Shown here piece after piece: positions 28,347 through 38,099 of a stretch of DNA of 64,000 nucleotides. The notes below the pieces were generated by a model. It searched no databases. It was not told where the DNA came from and saw only the letters and a program-made list of their open reading frames with translations. The DNA is taken from assembly GCA_028716665.1 (NCBI GenBank), contig JAQUPP010000002.1, positions 203,717-267,716 on the forward strand, read 5' to 3'. The position numbers and the translations under genes were made by a program. Source of the stretch: Patescibacteria group bacterium (GTDB lineage Bacteria > Patescibacteriota > Patescibacteriia > UBA2591 > JAQUPP01). The stretch's first letter is position 1. The number at the start of each line of letters is the position of its first letter.

Positions 28347-28464
28347 TGAAAAATAAATTAAAAAGGCGGTGAAATAATTTTAGCCGCCTTTTTTATTTTT
28401 AATCAGTCGTCAATCATTGACAAAATTAGAAAATATGATATTATATGAAGAAAGGAGGAAAAAA

Positions 28465-28665
28465 ATGGGAAAAAAGAAAAATTACTATTTCAAAATAAAG
28501 ACTGTTGTAAACGGTTGTGATACAATTATTTTCCATATTGATACTAGGCCTCATCTCAAAGAGAAGGGAAAGTGTTTAACAGTAACTGCTCACGACAAAA
28601 AGGAGTCCATTTCTATATTAAAAGGAGAAACAGGAAAAGTACATGGAGGAATTATTAGTTTATAA
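28465..28665 (+). CDS. Small hypothetical protein (cassette)
   Basis: ATG at 28465 after AGGAGG, TTGACA at 28417, terminator near 28675-28700. Confidence 0.6.
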   Translation: MGKKKNYYFKIKTVVNGCDTIIFHIDTRPHLKEKGKCLTVTAHDKKESISILKGETGKVHGGIISL

Positions 28666-28742
28666 TTGTATCATAATGAGGCGCTAAAACCGCCTCATTA
28701 TTTTATCTTGAAATTTTTGCGAAAATATGCCATAATGTATTT

Positions 28743-29336
28743 ATGCCGGAAATAAATGACGAGCAACTGGTTAAAAAATATTTAAAAGGCGATGAAAAGT
28801 CGTTGGAAATTTTAATTCAACAATATCTCAAACCCGTCTATAACTTTATCTATCATTATGTAAATAGCGCTTCGGACGCCGAAGATATAACCCAAGAGGT
28901 ATTTGTAAAAATGTGGAGAAATCTTAAAAAACCTGCCCTGAGCTTGTCGAAGGGGTTTGATCCTGAAAAAGGAAAGCTTAAAACTTGGCTTTTCAGTATT
29001 GCCAAAAATGCTTCGATTGATTTTCTTAGAAGAAAAAAAACATTGTCGTTTTCCGTATTCACAGATGAAAAAGGGGATAATATTATTACAGATACATTAA
29101 AAGATAGTTCTCTATTGCCTGATGAAATTTTTGAACAAAAAAATGCAACTCAATCTCTTTTTTCGGCTATAAAAAAACTTTCTCCGAAATATCGTTTAGT
29201 GCTTGATAAACATTATAATGACGATCTTACTTTTCGTGAAATCGCCCAATCTCTTAATGAACCGCTTCATACCATAAAAAGCCGATACAGACGCGCCCTG
29301 ATTTCTCTTAAAAAATTTCTTGTTGAATCAATATAA
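28743..29336 (+). CDS. ECF sigma-70 factor
   Basis: DAEDITQEVFVK, KTWLFSIAKNASIDFLR, and region 4 TFREIAQSLNEPLHTIKSR. Confidence 0.93.
   Translation: MPEINDEQLVKKYLKGDEKSLEILIQQYLKPVYNFIYHYVNSASDAEDITQEVFVKMWRNLKKPALSLSKGFDPEKGKLKTWLFSIAKNASIDFLRRKKTLSFSVFTDEKGDNIITDTLKDSSLLPDEIFEQKNATQSLFSAIKKLSPKYRLVLDKHYNDDLTFREIAQSLNEPLHTIKSRYRRALISLKKFLVESI
28932..28955 (+). repeat. In-frame repeat insertion (PALSLSKG) in the sigma factor
   Basis: The 24-bp CCTGCCCTGAGCTTGTCGAAGGGG interrupts the expected NLKK-FDP junction. Confidence 0.65.
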
Positions 29337-29356
29337 ATAAATTTTTTTTCAGAAGA

Positions 29357-29391
29357 CAAAGGGATGCACCAAAATGCATCCCTTTGACGTA
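29357..29391 (+). promoter_or_regulatory. Palindrome overlapping a candidate ECF promoter
   Basis: CAAAGGGATGCA-ccaaaa-TGCATCCCTTTG, with GCACC...CGTA spacing typical of ECF promoters. Confidence 0.45.
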
Positions 29392-29400
29392 TTATATAGT

Positions 29401-29799
29401 ATGAATAATCAGGAAAAATTATTTAAACCCTCGGATGGTCTTTTTGACCAAATAATGTCTCGTATTCACGAGGAGCAAAAAATAATAATGGTTAAGCGCA
29501 GATTTGCGATATTTTTTGTCGGCTTGATCGGTTCTATGGCGGCTTTTATGCCTGCCTTTAAAATGATGCAAACTGGATTTAATGAATCCGGTTTTATTAA
29601 TTTTTTCTCTTTATTTTTCACTGATATTGGAATGGTCATGACTTATTGGCGCAGTTTTGCCATGACGCTTTTAGGAACACTGCCCCTGATGAGCGTGGCC
29701 ACTTTTCTGGTTATTGTTTTCATATTCCTCGAATCGCTCAAATTTTTAACGCAAGATATGAGAATTATTTTAAAGCACGCGCAAATATTTAATCATTAA
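29401..29799 (+). CDS. Membrane protein, putative anti-sigma factor
   Basis: Directly downstream of the ECF sigma. PSDGLFDQIMSRI followed by TM helices. Start moved to 29401. Confidence 0.6.
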   Translation: MNNQEKLFKPSDGLFDQIMSRIHEEQKIIMVKRRFAIFFVGLIGSMAAFMPAFKMMQTGFNESGFINFFSLFFTDIGMVMTYWRSFAMTLLGTLPLMSVATFLVIVFIFLESLKFLTQDMRIILKHAQIFNH

Positions 29800-29813
29800 T
29801 ATTAAATAATAAT

Positions 29814-30335
29814 ATGGATTTTAATAAAATTGATTTCAATAAATTTTTTCGATCAAAATCATTTAAGATCATTACTCTGATAATAATCGGAGTGATTGTT
29901 TTTTTACTTATTTTTAATCTTGGAATGATCATCGGGTTCAGAAAGGCTAATTTTTCTTACAAGTGGGGAGAAAATTATCATCAGAATTTTGCCGGTCCCC
30001 GCGGCGGTTTTTTCAGAGATTTCGGCGGCAGAGATTTTATAGAACCGCACGGAGTTTTTGGGCAAATTATTAAAATTGAAGACTCCACGCTTATTATCAA
30101 AAGTCCTGATAATGTGGAAAAAACTGTAATTGCCAAAGACGATACTGTAATTGAGCGTTTTAGAGAAACTATAAAATTAACCGATCTTAAAATTGATGAT
30201 CAAATCGTGGTTATAGGCGAACCGAACACCAGCGGACAAATAGAGGCGAAATTTATCAGAATCATGCCTCAACCAAAAAAAGAAATGCCGATGGGAAAAT
30301 TGCCTGATTTTCAAATGCCCGGCCGCCAGCGCTAA
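29814..30335 (+). CDS. Membrane-anchored OB-fold (DUF5666-like) protein
   Basis: TM segment, then GQIIKIEDSTLII...DLKIDDQIVVIG...IEAKFIR. Confidence 0.65.
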   Translation: MDFNKIDFNKFFRSKSFKIITLIIIGVIVFLLIFNLGMIIGFRKANFSYKWGENYHQNFAGPRGGFFRDFGGRDFIEPHGVFGQIIKIEDSTLIIKSPDNVEKTVIAKDDTVIERFRETIKLTDLKIDDQIVVIGEPNTSGQIEAKFIRIMPQPKKEMPMGKLPDFQMPGRQR

Positions 30336-30370
30336 ATTATATTAATTATTCTTTTATTATATTTATTATG

Positions 30371-30579
30371 CCAGGTAGTGGACTTTGACTTGTCCTCTCA
30401 CAGCTAAAAAGTTTTATCTGGTATATATTTCGCGCATCTAACATATTGTTGAAGATTTAATTTGTTGATTTTTGGTCGGACAAAAAATCATAAGATAAAC
30501 AAAGGTTTCCTAAAATAATTTAATTAATAATTTAAAACTTTGGTAATTTTACAAAAATTGTCAAAGTTCTACTACCTGG
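30371..30579. mobile_element. MITE inserted at a start codon (TATG duplication)
   Basis: TIR CCAGGTAGTGGACTTTGAC / GTCAAAGTTCTACTACCTGG, with TATG on both sides. Confidence 0.8.
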
Positions 30580-30580
30580 T

Positions 30581-32461
30581 ATGAAGAAAAAAATTACATC
30601 AAAACAAAAATTTATTATCGCGCTGATTATTATTTTAATAGCCGGCGGAAGTTATTTTGTATATAAAAAAAATAAAAGCAACACAACTGAAATTCGTTAT
30701 ACATTAACCAAGGTTGAAAAGGGGACGTTGATTACTTCTGTTTCCGGAAGCGGACAAATTTCAGCCTCCAATCAAGTGGATATTAAAGCAAAAGCATCGG
30801 GCGACGTGGTTTATTTGGGAGTAAAATTAGGCCAAGAAGTTAAAAGCGGGACCTCTCTTGTCAGATTGGATCCCAGTGATGCTCAAATAAATGTACGGAA
30901 CGCCGAGACAGCTCTTGAAACAGCCAAGCTTCAATTGGAGGATCTATTGGCTCCGGCAGACAAGCTTACAATGTTGCAAGCGGAAAATTCTCTTGTTCAA
31001 GCCAAGGACAGTTTGACTAAACTTAAATTTACTCAAGCGACTAATTATCAGAATGCTTTAGACGCTAAACAAAACGCCAAAGATGATCTTCAAAAAGCTT
31101 ATGAGGATGGTTTTAATAATGTATCGAATACATTTCTTGAACTTCCGAACATTATAACCGGACTTCAAGATTTATTGTTTGGTTTTAATTTTTCAACAAC
31201 TCAATACAATCTTGATTACTATACAAGTATTTCTCAATTATATGACGAAAAAGCGACGCAATACAGAGATGACACTTATACGAAATATCAATCTGCCCGC
31301 ACAGCCTATGATAAAAATTTTTTGGATTACAAATCCGCGGACAGGTCTTCGGATAAAATCGTAATTGAATCACTGATCAGTGAAACCTACGAAACCACCC
31401 GAAGTATTGCTGAAGCGTTAAAAAGTGTCACTAATTTAATTCAATTTTATAAAGATAAATTAACCGAGCGCAGTTTAAGACCACAAACACTTGCCGATAC
31501 TCATCTCTCCACTCTCAGCACTTATACCGGAAAAACAAACACATATCTTCTTAACCTTCTTTCAATCAAGAGTACTTTGCAAACAGACAAAGATACAATT
31601 ATTGATAAAGAGAGAGATTTGAAAGAAATGGATCAAAATTATCCTCTTGATTTGACAGCCAGTGAAGAAAGTATAAAAGAAAAAGAACAAAAATTGGCCG
31701 ATTTGAAAGCCGGTGCCACTGATCTTGATATTAGAAATCAAAAAATAACTATTCAGCAAAAGCAAGATGCTTTAACAAGCGCGAAACAAACTCTTGCGGA
31801 TTATTATATTCAGGCCCCTTTTGACGGAGTGGTTGCAGAGTTAAATGTTAAAAACGGAGATTCAATTTCTTCCGGTGCCTCGGTTATTACCTTTATCACC
31901 AAGCAAAAAATGGCTGAGGTTACTCTTAACGAAGTTGATATTGCTAAAGTGAAAATAGGACAAAAAGTAACCATCACTTTTGACGCAATTGAAGATTTAA
32001 GTATCAGCGGTGAAGTGATAGAAACCGACGCAATCGGAACGGTTTCTCAAGGAGTGGTGACTTATAACGTAAAAATCGGATTTGACACTCAAGATGAACG
32101 TGTGAAATCAGGAATGAGTATGTCTGCGACAATAATTACGGATGTTAAACAAGACGTTTTATTAATTCCCAACTCCGCGGTAAAAACTTTGGGCGACACG
32201 TCTTACGTGGAAATATTTGATTCAACAATTAATCCAAAAAATTCAACGACAAATACTGCGACTGTTATTGTAAAAAATTCTCCCGCTCAGCAATCAATTC
32301 AGACCGGTTTGATAAATGATTCGTCCACGGAAATTATAAGCGGTCTTAAAGAAGGCGATTGGGTGGTCAGTGGGACCAGCAGCAGTTCTTCTGCCACGCA
32401 AACAAAAACAACCAATACAAGAAATTTATTTCAAATGGGAGGCGGCGGACCGCGCGATTAA
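30581..32461 (+). CDS. MacA-like membrane fusion (adaptor) protein with long coiled coil
   Basis: N-terminal TM, lipoyl-like halves (IKAKASGDV; IQAPFDGVV), NEVDIAKVKIGQ and GMSMSATI. Confidence 0.88.
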   Translation: MKKKITSKQKFIIALIIILIAGGSYFVYKKNKSNTTEIRYTLTKVEKGTLITSVSGSGQISASNQVDIKAKASGDVVYLGVKLGQEVKSGTSLVRLDPSDAQINVRNAETALETAKLQLEDLLAPADKLTMLQAENSLVQAKDSLTKLKFTQATNYQNALDAKQNAKDDLQKAYEDGFNNVSNTFLELPNIITGLQDLLFGFNFSTTQYNLDYYTSISQLYDEKATQYRDDTYTKYQSARTAYDKNFLDYKSADRSSDKIVIESLISETYETTRSIAEALKSVTNLIQFYKDKLTERSLRPQTLADTHLSTLSTYTGKTNTYLLNLLSIKSTLQTDKDTIIDKERDLKEMDQNYPLDLTASEESIKEKEQKLADLKAGATDLDIRNQKITIQQKQDALTSAKQTLADYYIQAPFDGVVAELNVKNGDSISSGASVITFITKQKMAEVTLNEVDIAKVKIGQKVTITFDAIEDLSISGEVIETDAIGTVSQGVVTYNVKIGFDTQDERVKSGMSMSATIITDVKQDVLLIPNSAVKTLGDTSYVEIFDSTINPKNSTTNTATVIVKNSPAQQSIQTGLINDSSTEIISGLKEGDWVVSGTSSSSSATQTKTTNTRNLFQMGGGGPRD

Positions 32462-32497
32462 CATAATAAATAGAAATAGAATCATTAAAATATAATT

Positions 32498-33211
32498 ATG
32501 ATTGAATGTAAAAATATTTCAAAAATATATCAAGTCGGTGAATTCGAAACTGCTGCTTTGCAGAAAGTGTCATTTACCATTAATGATGGCGAATTCGTGG
32601 CGATTATGGGACCGTCCGGTTCAGGTAAATCAACTTTGATGCATATTTTGGGCGCGCTTGATACTCCGACCAGCGGTCAATATTTTTTAGACAATCATGA
32701 TGTTTCCACTCTTTCTGATGATGAATTGGCGGATATCAGAAAAAATAAAATCGGTTTTATTTTTCAATCATTCAATCTTTTGCCGCGCGCGACGGTTTTG
32801 CGAAATGTCATGCTGCCGCTTATTTATTCAAACGTCCCCAAAGCGGAGCGCGAAATATTGGCGCGACAAGCTTTAAAAAATGCAGGATTGGATGAATCGC
32901 ATTTTAATCATCTTTCCAATCAGCTTTCCGGTGGTCAAATGCAAAGAGTGGCCATTGCCCGCGCCTTGGTTAATAATCCGGCTTTAATTCTTGCCGACGA
33001 ACCAACCGGAAATTTGGATACCAAAACCGGTGATATTGTTTTGGAGGCTTTTCAAAAATTAAATCAAGAACAGCATCGCACGATTATTTTAATTACGCAT
33101 GAACGATATGTAGCTGAACACACGGACCGGATAATTTTTATCCGCGACGGCGCTATTGTGGAAGATTCAAAAAATAAAAACAGATTAACTATTAATCACG
33201 ATCATTTATGA
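32498..33211 (+). CDS. MacB/LolD-like ABC ATP-binding protein
   Basis: [17 protein letters not shown] and [10 protein letters not shown]. Confidence 0.93.
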   Translation: MIECKNISKIYQVGEFETAALQKVSFTINDGEFVAIMGPSGSGKSTLMHILGALDTPTSGQYFLDNHDVSTLSDDELADIRKNKIGFIFQSFNLLPRATVLRNVMLPLIYSNVPKAEREILARQALKNAGLDESHFNHLSNQLSGGQMQRVAIARALVNNPALILADEPTGNLDTKTGDIVLEAFQKLNQEQHRTIILITHERYVAEHTDRIIFIRDGAIVEDSKNKNRLTINHDHL

Positions 33212-34431
33212 AAGTACAAGACTTATTTGAAGAAACATATTTTGCTTTGCTCGCCAATAAAGCGCGAACAGGTTTAACTGTTCTTGGCATTGTAATCGGT
33301 ATCGGATCAGTGATTGCCATGATTTCACTCGGTCAAGGCGCGACAGGTTCCATAGAATCAAGTATTCAATCAATCGGTTCAAATTTAATTATCGTAATGC
33401 CAAGTTTTCAAAGAGGAGTCGGCACTCAAGTAAGCGCGGGTCGGGGATCTGCTCAAACGCTCAAGCCGGCGGACGCAGAAGCCATTCAAGAACAAATTAC
33501 TCTTGTGAAAGCTGTTGCTCCTGAACTTTCAGGCCGCTATCAAATTACGACAAAAGGAAAAAACACCAATACTTCGGTTATCGGGACTACGGCCGCATAT
33601 TCTTCGGTTCGCAATGTTGAAGTTGATATTGGTTCTTTTATTTCAGATCAAAATGTGCAGGGTTCATCAAAAGTGGCGGTTATCGGTCCAACGGTCAGAG
33701 ATGATCTTTTTGGCGAAAATGTAAATCCGGTCGGACAAACGATTCGCATCAAAAAAATTGAATTTAAAGTTATCGGTCTTACCAAAACAAAAGGCGGAAG
33801 CGGTTTCAGCAATCAGGACGATCAGATTTATGTTCCTTTGTCCACGGCTCAGCGTTTCTTGGCCGGTAGCGAATATGTAAGTACAATCAGCGTGCAGGCA
33901 GTTGATCAAAAATCAATGACTGAATTGCAAAGTCAAATTACAACATTATTATTAAGCCGTCACAATATTTCAGATGCTGCCTTGGCTGATTTCAGTACTA
34001 TGAATCAATCTGATATTGTGGAAAGCGCATCTTCAATAACTAAAACTTTAACCATGCTTTTGGCCGCGATTGCCGGAATTTCTTTGATTGTCGGCGGTAT
34101 TGGTATTATGAATATGATGTTGACTAACGTTACTGAGCGAACAAGGGAAATCGGTTTGCGAAAAGCCATTGGTGCCAAAAGATCGGAGATTAATCTTCAA
34201 TTTTTAACTGAGGCGGTGATGGTTACTTTCCTTGGAGGAGTTATCGGCGTTTTATTCGGCTGGCTTATTTCACTTGGCATTTCTCAATTTAGCAGTATTG
34301 CCACCAAGATGTCATTATCGTCAGTTTTGTTGGCCTTTGGCGTATCGGCCGCGATTGGAATTATATTCGGTTATTACCCGGCCCGCCGTGCTGCAGCCCT
34401 TAATCCTATTGAAGCACTGAGATACGAATAG
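33208..34431 (+). CDS. MacB-like ABC permease
   Basis: LTVLGIVIGIGSVI, VGGIGIMNMML..VTERTREIGLRKAIGA and PARRAA.LNPIEALRYE. Confidence 0.93.
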   Translation: MKVQDLFEETYFALLANKARTGLTVLGIVIGIGSVIAMISLGQGATGSIESSIQSIGSNLIIVMPSFQRGVGTQVSAGRGSAQTLKPADAEAIQEQITLVKAVAPELSGRYQITTKGKNTNTSVIGTTAAYSSVRNVEVDIGSFISDQNVQGSSKVAVIGPTVRDDLFGENVNPVGQTIRIKKIEFKVIGLTKTKGGSGFSNQDDQIYVPLSTAQRFLAGSEYVSTISVQAVDQKSMTELQSQITTLLLSRHNISDAALADFSTMNQSDIVESASSITKTLTMLLAAIAGISLIVGGIGIMNMMLTNVTERTREIGLRKAIGAKRSEINLQFLTEAVMVTFLGGVIGVLFGWLISLGISQFSSIATKMSLSSVLLAFGVSAAIGIIFGYYPARRAAALNPIEALRYE

Positions 34432-34472
34432 AATAAGCTAATAAGTAAATAAGTTAATAAGCTAATAAGTAA
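34432..34472. repeat. Degenerate 8-bp tandem repeat (AATAAGYW) after a stop codon
   Basis: AATAAGCT AATAAGTA AATAAGTT AATAAGCT AATAAGTA. Related runs at ~26462-26494 (reverse) and ~63983-64000. Confidence 0.7.
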
Positions 34473-34482
34473 TTAAAAAATT

Positions 34483-34935
34483 ATGAAAAAAATATTACCA
34501 ATTATTATAATATTGGTTGTCGTAGTAGGCGGAGGAGCTTTTTTCGGAGGCATGAAATATGCTCAAAGTAAACAATTAAAAAATGGTAATTTTGGCAATC
34601 TCTCGGCAGCAGAACGGCAACAGCGTTTTCAACAAATGGGGAACGGTATGGCTCCAACTGGAAATAGACAAGGCGGTGTAAATTCTATCAGCGGAGAAAT
34701 TATTTCTCAAGATGATAAAAGCATTACCGTCAAATTAAACGATGGCGGATCAAAAATTATTTTTTATTCCGACACGACTCAAGTTATGAAATTTTCTCAA
34801 GGATTAGCTGCTGATTTAAAAATAGGGGAGAATGTTATGGTGAATGGTTCTTCTAACTCAGACGGCAGTATTACCGCCAAATCAATTCAGCTAAGACCGG
34901 CTACACCGCCGGCTCAGCCGCAAATTCAAAAATAA
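34483..34935 (+). CDS. DUF5666-like membrane-anchored protein
   Basis: TM segment, [22 protein letters not shown] and [26 protein letters not shown]. Confidence 0.75.
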   Translation: MKKILPIIIILVVVVGGGAFFGGMKYAQSKQLKNGNFGNLSAAERQQRFQQMGNGMAPTGNRQGGVNSISGEIISQDDKSITVKLNDGGSKIIFYSDTTQVMKFSQGLAADLKIGENVMVNGSSNSDGSITAKSIQLRPATPPAQPQIQK

Positions 34936-35041
34936 AAGAGTTTCTATAATCAAAAAGCGTTGTTTTTAAACAACGCTTTTTGATTTGACAAAAACAAAAA
35001 AAATGTTATTATAAAATCAGTAAATAAAAAAGGAGGAAAAA

Positions 35042-35302
35042 ATGAAATTATTTATCTGTGATGAGTGTCGCAGAGCAATAGTTTTAACCGGTGAATGGCA
35101 AAATTGTGGATGCGGAAAGGTTGGCGGTAAAAATGTTGAAAATGGCATAGAAATAATAATCGCTGTCAAAAATAAAGAAACCGCCAGAATATTGGATATA
35201 CCGGAAAGTGTTGTAAGTGGAGGCGCCCAGGAAGGAAAAGTTTCAATTATTCCATGGGCCAGTAAGGCTATAATTTTCAAAAAAAACAAACAGAAGGCTT
35301 AA
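35042..35302 (+). CDS. Small Cys-rich (Zn-binding) hypothetical protein (cassette)
   Basis: CDEC...CGCG, AGGAGG SD, own TTGACA promoter and terminator. Confidence 0.7.
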   Translation: MKLFICDECRRAIVLTGEWQNCGCGKVGGKNVENGIEIIIAVKNKETARILDIPESVVSGGAQEGKVSIIPWASKAIIFKKNKQKA

Positions 35303-35336
35303 AAACCTTCTGTTTTTCTATATTTTAGGGGGTTGA

Positions 35337-35480
35337 CCCCCTCACCAAACGTTGATATATGTATTAAACAAGAAGTCCATATTTGTTTATATTTAAAGTA
35401 TTTTTATTTATATTAAATTTTAAATTTATGGATTTGATAAATATAAAACTGAGTGTTTATCAGCGTTATAGGTGAGGGGG
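35337..35480. mobile_element. MITE family A, copy 4 (divergent interior)
   Basis: TIR CCCCCTCACC...GGTGAGGGGG with TTGA flanks. The right flank reads TTGACA-17-TATATT. Confidence 0.8.
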
Positions 35481-35562
35481 TTGACAAAACGTTGATTTTG
35501 TGCTATATTTATACTATATAAAATGGATCTTTAAAAAAAACAAAGAAAAAAAGGGAGGAAAA

Positions 35563-36453
35563 ATGGCAACAAAATTGAATGAGACGGAAAGAAGCGAATT
35601 TATAAGTAAACTTATTGATACGGTTCTACCGCAATGTAAGGATTTATCCATGAATCAATTATTAGGCGACGGGATTGTTGAGGGTCTAAAAGAAGGAATT
35701 GTGGAGTATTTGATGACTGAACAAAAAGAATATCTTTCGGAGTGGATTAATTCTAAGATGAAAATATATCGGGACGCAGGCATATCTGGAAAGATATCTG
35801 ATCTATGGCTTGATCAGATAGAAAGTATCTTAGGGGTAATTGAAGGAGAAATTGTCAACAAAAGACCTGATGGAATTGTTATCAGAGGATTAGTCGTCGG
35901 AGATGATAATATCCCTTTGATTCCTCGTATTCCGGTAAGTCGGAAAAGTTTGGATGACCAAGTAGAGATACTTATGGATAAAAAAAACGGGAGCAATAAT
36001 ATTGATCCCGAAATGATAAAGGGGTTGTTTCAATCACCAAAATCATTTTGGATACTCGATATAGATTTAGGGGAAAAATTTAGGGGAAAGTCTCCTCAAT
36101 TTGCCCTGAATGTGATCGCTACTGAACATCCAAAATTCGTACAGTATTTCAGGAAATTATCGTCTATGACTGACGAAACCGATAAGACCAATGAAGCTCA
36201 AGAAGAGAAAAAAGAAAATCAGCCATCCTTTGCGATAATGCCGAACAGAACAGGTCTTACGATTGAGGAGGTAATTTCTCTTGCTATCCAACAAGGTAAC
36301 TTGGACTATGGTATGTATGCCATAGCTTCGGAAACAGTGGACGGAAAAATCCCATGTCTAAAATTAATTGATGGGGTCCCCACGCTTTTCGCGGTAGACA
36401 AGGACAATCAAGATGAAAATTGTCAGACTCCGTTTTGTGTTCGTTTGAGGTGA
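35563..36453 (+). CDS. Hypothetical protein, DUF5701-like C-terminal region (cassette)
   Basis: WILDIDLGEKFRGKSP...RTGLTIEEVISL pattern. GGGAGG SD before the ATG at 35563, with a terminator after. Confidence 0.55.
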   Translation: MATKLNETERSEFISKLIDTVLPQCKDLSMNQLLGDGIVEGLKEGIVEYLMTEQKEYLSEWINSKMKIYRDAGISGKISDLWLDQIESILGVIEGEIVNKRPDGIVIRGLVVGDDNIPLIPRIPVSRKSLDDQVEILMDKKNGSNNIDPEMIKGLFQSPKSFWILDIDLGEKFRGKSPQFALNVIATEHPKFVQYFRKLSSMTDETDKTNEAQEEKKENQPSFAIMPNRTGLTIEEVISLAIQQGNLDYGMYAIASETVDGKIPCLKLIDGVPTLFAVDKDNQDENCQTPFCVRLR

Positions 36454-36542
36454 TCTATATAAATAGCCAGGTTGGTAATCAACCTGGCTATCTTTTTTTA
36501 AATGGGATTGACAAATGACATTTTTTATGTTATTATAATAAT

Positions 36543-38012
36543 ATGAAAAAATATAAATTTATAATTATTTCAATTATTTTTTCTTTTATTTTAACCCCTT
36601 TGCAAGGGGCTCTTGCTGATTATCTTCCACCCAGAGGAGCGGCGCCGATTGAAACAGGCAGTTGGAAAACTGATTTTGGTTCCCAATCTGCCATTGATAC
36701 CAAGCAAAGCACTGTTAAATGGGCGAAAAATAGCATTACATTGGCAAAAGAAGGCGACGGTTATATGTCTAATGGTGTTTTCTGGACCAATGAAATCAGT
36801 TTTAAGCAAGATATTCTTAATGTGACATTGGATGGTAATTTTGATCGTCCGACCGGAACCACTATTTTAGGTTTTGTCACTTTTGAAAATAGCGTTAGAG
36901 AATATCCTTTGAATCCTTTTGAGTGGGGAGATTTATATCAACCTGATGGCAGGGTCAGAAAAATGCGTTTAAGAATATTTCTAGCCAGCGATAATCCGGC
37001 TTTGACGCCGGTGGTTCATGAATTAAGGGTGAAGGTGGAGTTGGAAGATCGTTCCGACAGCGGACCGATTAATCGAGATAATACCAGAGTCTCGGATTTA
37101 AAAAAGATAAGAAATGTCGTTAATAATTTTTACAAAGATTTTATTATATATCCGGCTGTAAGTATATCTAATGATAATAAAGAAAACAAGGATTATCAAT
37201 GGAAATTATTAAAAGATGTTTTGGATTCCGCATCGTTAACCTGGCATAAAAGTTATACCAATGGATTTGTCGCACAACCGAAAGTGTTAGGCAATGATTT
37301 TAAATATGGATATTTAACGGGGGATTCAGGCGCTTATTATTTGATGTGGACCAGATTAGAAGATGTAAATTCCAAACATTTTGCCGGATCTGATTCGTGG
37401 AAGGGCAGTATTTTGGGAGTAAATTGTACTCCGCCAATTTATTGTTTTTCATCAAAAGGTATTCCCGGTCAAACGGAAATAATTGCCAAAACTTTTGAAA
37501 CCAATAAAAATAAAGCGAATAAAATCAAAGGCACGGTTTTTGCCAGAATTAAAAATGATCCGAAGGTTTGGTTTGTATTGAATAACCGCCGGTTTTGGAT
37601 AAGAGATCCTAAAATTTTGGATAAACTTAACGCCACTTCAAAAGATGTGGTAATTAACTCAAATATCAGTAAAGTTCCTTTATTCAAATTTATCAGAGCC
37701 AAGGACGATAAAAAAATTTATTTAATTTCTGAATCGGGATTTAAAAGATATATACCTGATATTAAAGTTTTAAATTTCTACGGCCGCACGACCGAGGTTG
37801 TCACTTTGCCGAATGATATACTTAACGCTATTCCTGATAATTGTTTAATCAGAGCCAAGGGAGACACAAAAGTTTACTTTCTTGATCAGAAAATAATCAG
37901 ATGGGTGACTTCGCCGGATGTCATTAAAAAATTGGGATTTACCACTTCAGATATAGTTAATATTGATACCAGAGAATTGAAATATTATACTGAAGCCAGT
38001 CCTATATTCTAA
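36543..38012 (+). CDS. Secreted multidomain protein with pilin-like segment and C-terminal repeats
   Basis: Signal peptide, RDNTRVSDLKKIR...FYKDFIIYP, and three RxKxDxKVY/W repeats. Confidence 0.65.
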   Translation: MKKYKFIIISIIFSFILTPLQGALADYLPPRGAAPIETGSWKTDFGSQSAIDTKQSTVKWAKNSITLAKEGDGYMSNGVFWTNEISFKQDILNVTLDGNFDRPTGTTILGFVTFENSVREYPLNPFEWGDLYQPDGRVRKMRLRIFLASDNPALTPVVHELRVKVELEDRSDSGPINRDNTRVSDLKKIRNVVNNFYKDFIIYPAVSISNDNKENKDYQWKLLKDVLDSASLTWHKSYTNGFVAQPKVLGNDFKYGYLTGDSGAYYLMWTRLEDVNSKHFAGSDSWKGSILGVNCTPPIYCFSSKGIPGQTEIIAKTFETNKNKANKIKGTVFARIKNDPKVWFVLNNRRFWIRDPKILDKLNATSKDVVINSNISKVPLFKFIRAKDDKKIYLISESGFKRYIPDIKVLNFYGRTTEVVTLPNDILNAIPDNCLIRAKGDTKVYFLDQKIIRWVTSPDVIKKLGFTTSDIVNIDTRELKYYTEASPIF

Positions 38013-38099
38013 TTTTTTATTTTTAGCAGAATACCTCGTGGTTTACTGCGAGGTATTTTATTAAATTTTTCATTTTGATTTTTACATTTTTAATTTTTT

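Noticed and set aside
17407-35480. CRISPR array, or IS200/IS605-type element (TTGA-like target)
   Set aside because: The repeats are dispersed and TIR-bounded with no spacers or cas genes. IS200/IS605 elements lack TIRs and do not duplicate their target.
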